A DNA stretch of 64,000 bases, from assembly GCF_902713615.1 (NCBI RefSeq), contig NC_052158.1, positions 153,033,400 to 153,097,399 of the forward strand, written 5' to 3'. Every line of letters starts with the position of its first letter. Position 1 is the stretch's first letter. The notes beneath the pieces are model-generated. The model was given only the letters and a program-made list of their open reading frames with translations, had not been told where the DNA came from and searched no databases. Position numbers and translations under genes: made by a program. This DNA comes from Scyliorhinus canicula (Eukaryota). Of this stretch, positions 62,934-64,000 are shown piece after piece.

Positions 62934-63160
62934 GGGGCTGGTTTAGTTCACTTAGGGGCTGGTTTAGTTCACTTAGGGGCTGGTTTAGTTCACTTAGGGG
63001 CTGGTTTAGCTCACTCAGCTAAATCGCTGGCTTTTAAAGCAAACCCGCAGGCCAGCAGCACGGTTCGATCCCCGGACATGCGCCGGAATGTGGCGACTAG
63101 GGGCTTTTCACAGTAACTTCATTGAAGCCTACTCGTGACAATAAGCGATTTTCATTTTCA
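62934..63160 (+). mobile_element. Short tRNA-SINE with four tandem 21-bp 5' heads
   Basis: (GGGGCTGGTTTAGTTCACTTA)3 plus full head; TSD GTGTTCA at 62927-62933 and 63161-63167. Confidence 0.9.
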
Positions 63161-63267
63161 GTGTTCAAGTCGAAAAATAAAACACATGGCAACAAAGTAA
63201 AATACAGTAGATTAATAAATGGAGGAAAACATACAATAGAGAACTAAACAAACTCTCAGTTTGGAGA

Positions 63268-63420
63268 ATTATAGAACCGTAGAACCAGAGAATCCTTACA
63301 TTGCAGAAGGAGGTCATTCGGTACATCGAATCTGCACCGAACCTCCGAAAGAGCAACTTTCTAGGCCCACTCTTCCACCCTATCCCTGTGACCCCCTTAA
63401 TCCCAGCGAACCTGCACACC
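63268..63420 (-). mobile_element. HE1/V-SINE 3' fragment
   Basis: CR1-type tail cagaaggaggtcattcgg..catcgaatctgcaccg. Confidence 0.7.
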
Positions 63421-63870
63421 GTTGAATGGAAAATGTGAGTCAGAAAAAGTTTTAATTTTTATACCAGGAATGTATTGAAATAATAGTGGCTGTAACAGAT
63501 GCCCTGACTGAAGGAGTGTCGTATCTGACAGTATATGCCATATTTTTTATTCCTGCGCCTTTGCGTTTTACTAATGTGGAAGATTTATCGAATGTCATTG
63601 TTTTATATATAATCTTGACATGAAGCGTTCAAGAAAGACTATCTTTCTGACGATTTTACTTTTAACTTGCATAATAAAGTATACTTTGCACTATTCACAT
63701 GTGACCTAAAGTTGCTAAAGTGGATAATTTTATTGTTAACAACCTAGCCTTTGTAATTTGCTTCAAACAAACTCATATATAATAAGGTTGCTGAGTAGAT
63801 TACACCTAAGATCAGGCACATGTCAAAAGCTATTGTAGATGCCTATCAACTTACATTTTGTACTCTGTAG

Positions 63871-64000
63871 TTTTGATTTCAGATCTTACCGTCTTGTGCA
63901 GACTATGATCTTTGCCATAGAAGAAATAAATAGGAGCCGTACCCTACTTCCGAATATTACAATCGGTTACAAAATTCTTGATGATTGTGCTTCAACCACA
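63871..64000 (+). CDS. V2R/OlfC-like gene C, exon 2 (runs off window end)
   Basis: ctctgtAG|TTTTGATTTC; [42 protein letters not shown]. Confidence 0.93.

Noticed and set aside
62934-63020. 21-bp direct repeats as a CRISPR array or a GAGLVHL peptide repeat gene
   Set aside because: No unique spacers, no cas genes, eukaryotic context; the unit is the SINE 5' end

Overview
Eukaryotic DNA, almost certainly from a cartilaginous fish (shark-like; inferred from HE1/V-SINE-, SacSINE- and CR1-type repeats). The window is a tandem, same-strand (+) cluster of three V2R/OlfC-type class C GPCR chemoreceptor genes with the canonical 6-exon layout. Gene A has exons 2-6 (451-12224); its exon 1 lies upstream of the window. 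Gene B is complete (34933-44659, ~868 aa, open through all GT-AG junctions). Gene C has exon 1 at 59192-59439 and exon 2 from 63871 running off the end. Introns and intergenic DNA are almost wholly nested mobile elements: two near-full-length, defective, G-rich L1/Tx1-type LINEs in opposite orientation around gene B; a fragmented two-gene PIF/Harbinger transposon; CR1, Rex1/Babar, L2 and RTE LINE fragments; solo LTRs; a Tc1/mariner-type MITE; Penelope-like fragments with hammerhead-ribozyme cores; and about 30 SINEs. Main observations: (1) a modular SINE system in which one tRNA+V-domain body carries three different 3' tails, each matching a LINE family present in the window; (2) minimal hammerhead motifs, one in a TSD-flanked inverted Penelope insert; (3) two locally templated inverted insertions; (4) reiterated SINE 5' heads; (5) candidate recursive splice sites and olfactory promoter motifs in the receptor genes. 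Repeat family names come from motif recognition, not database searches, and repeat boundaries are approximate unless TSDs are quoted.
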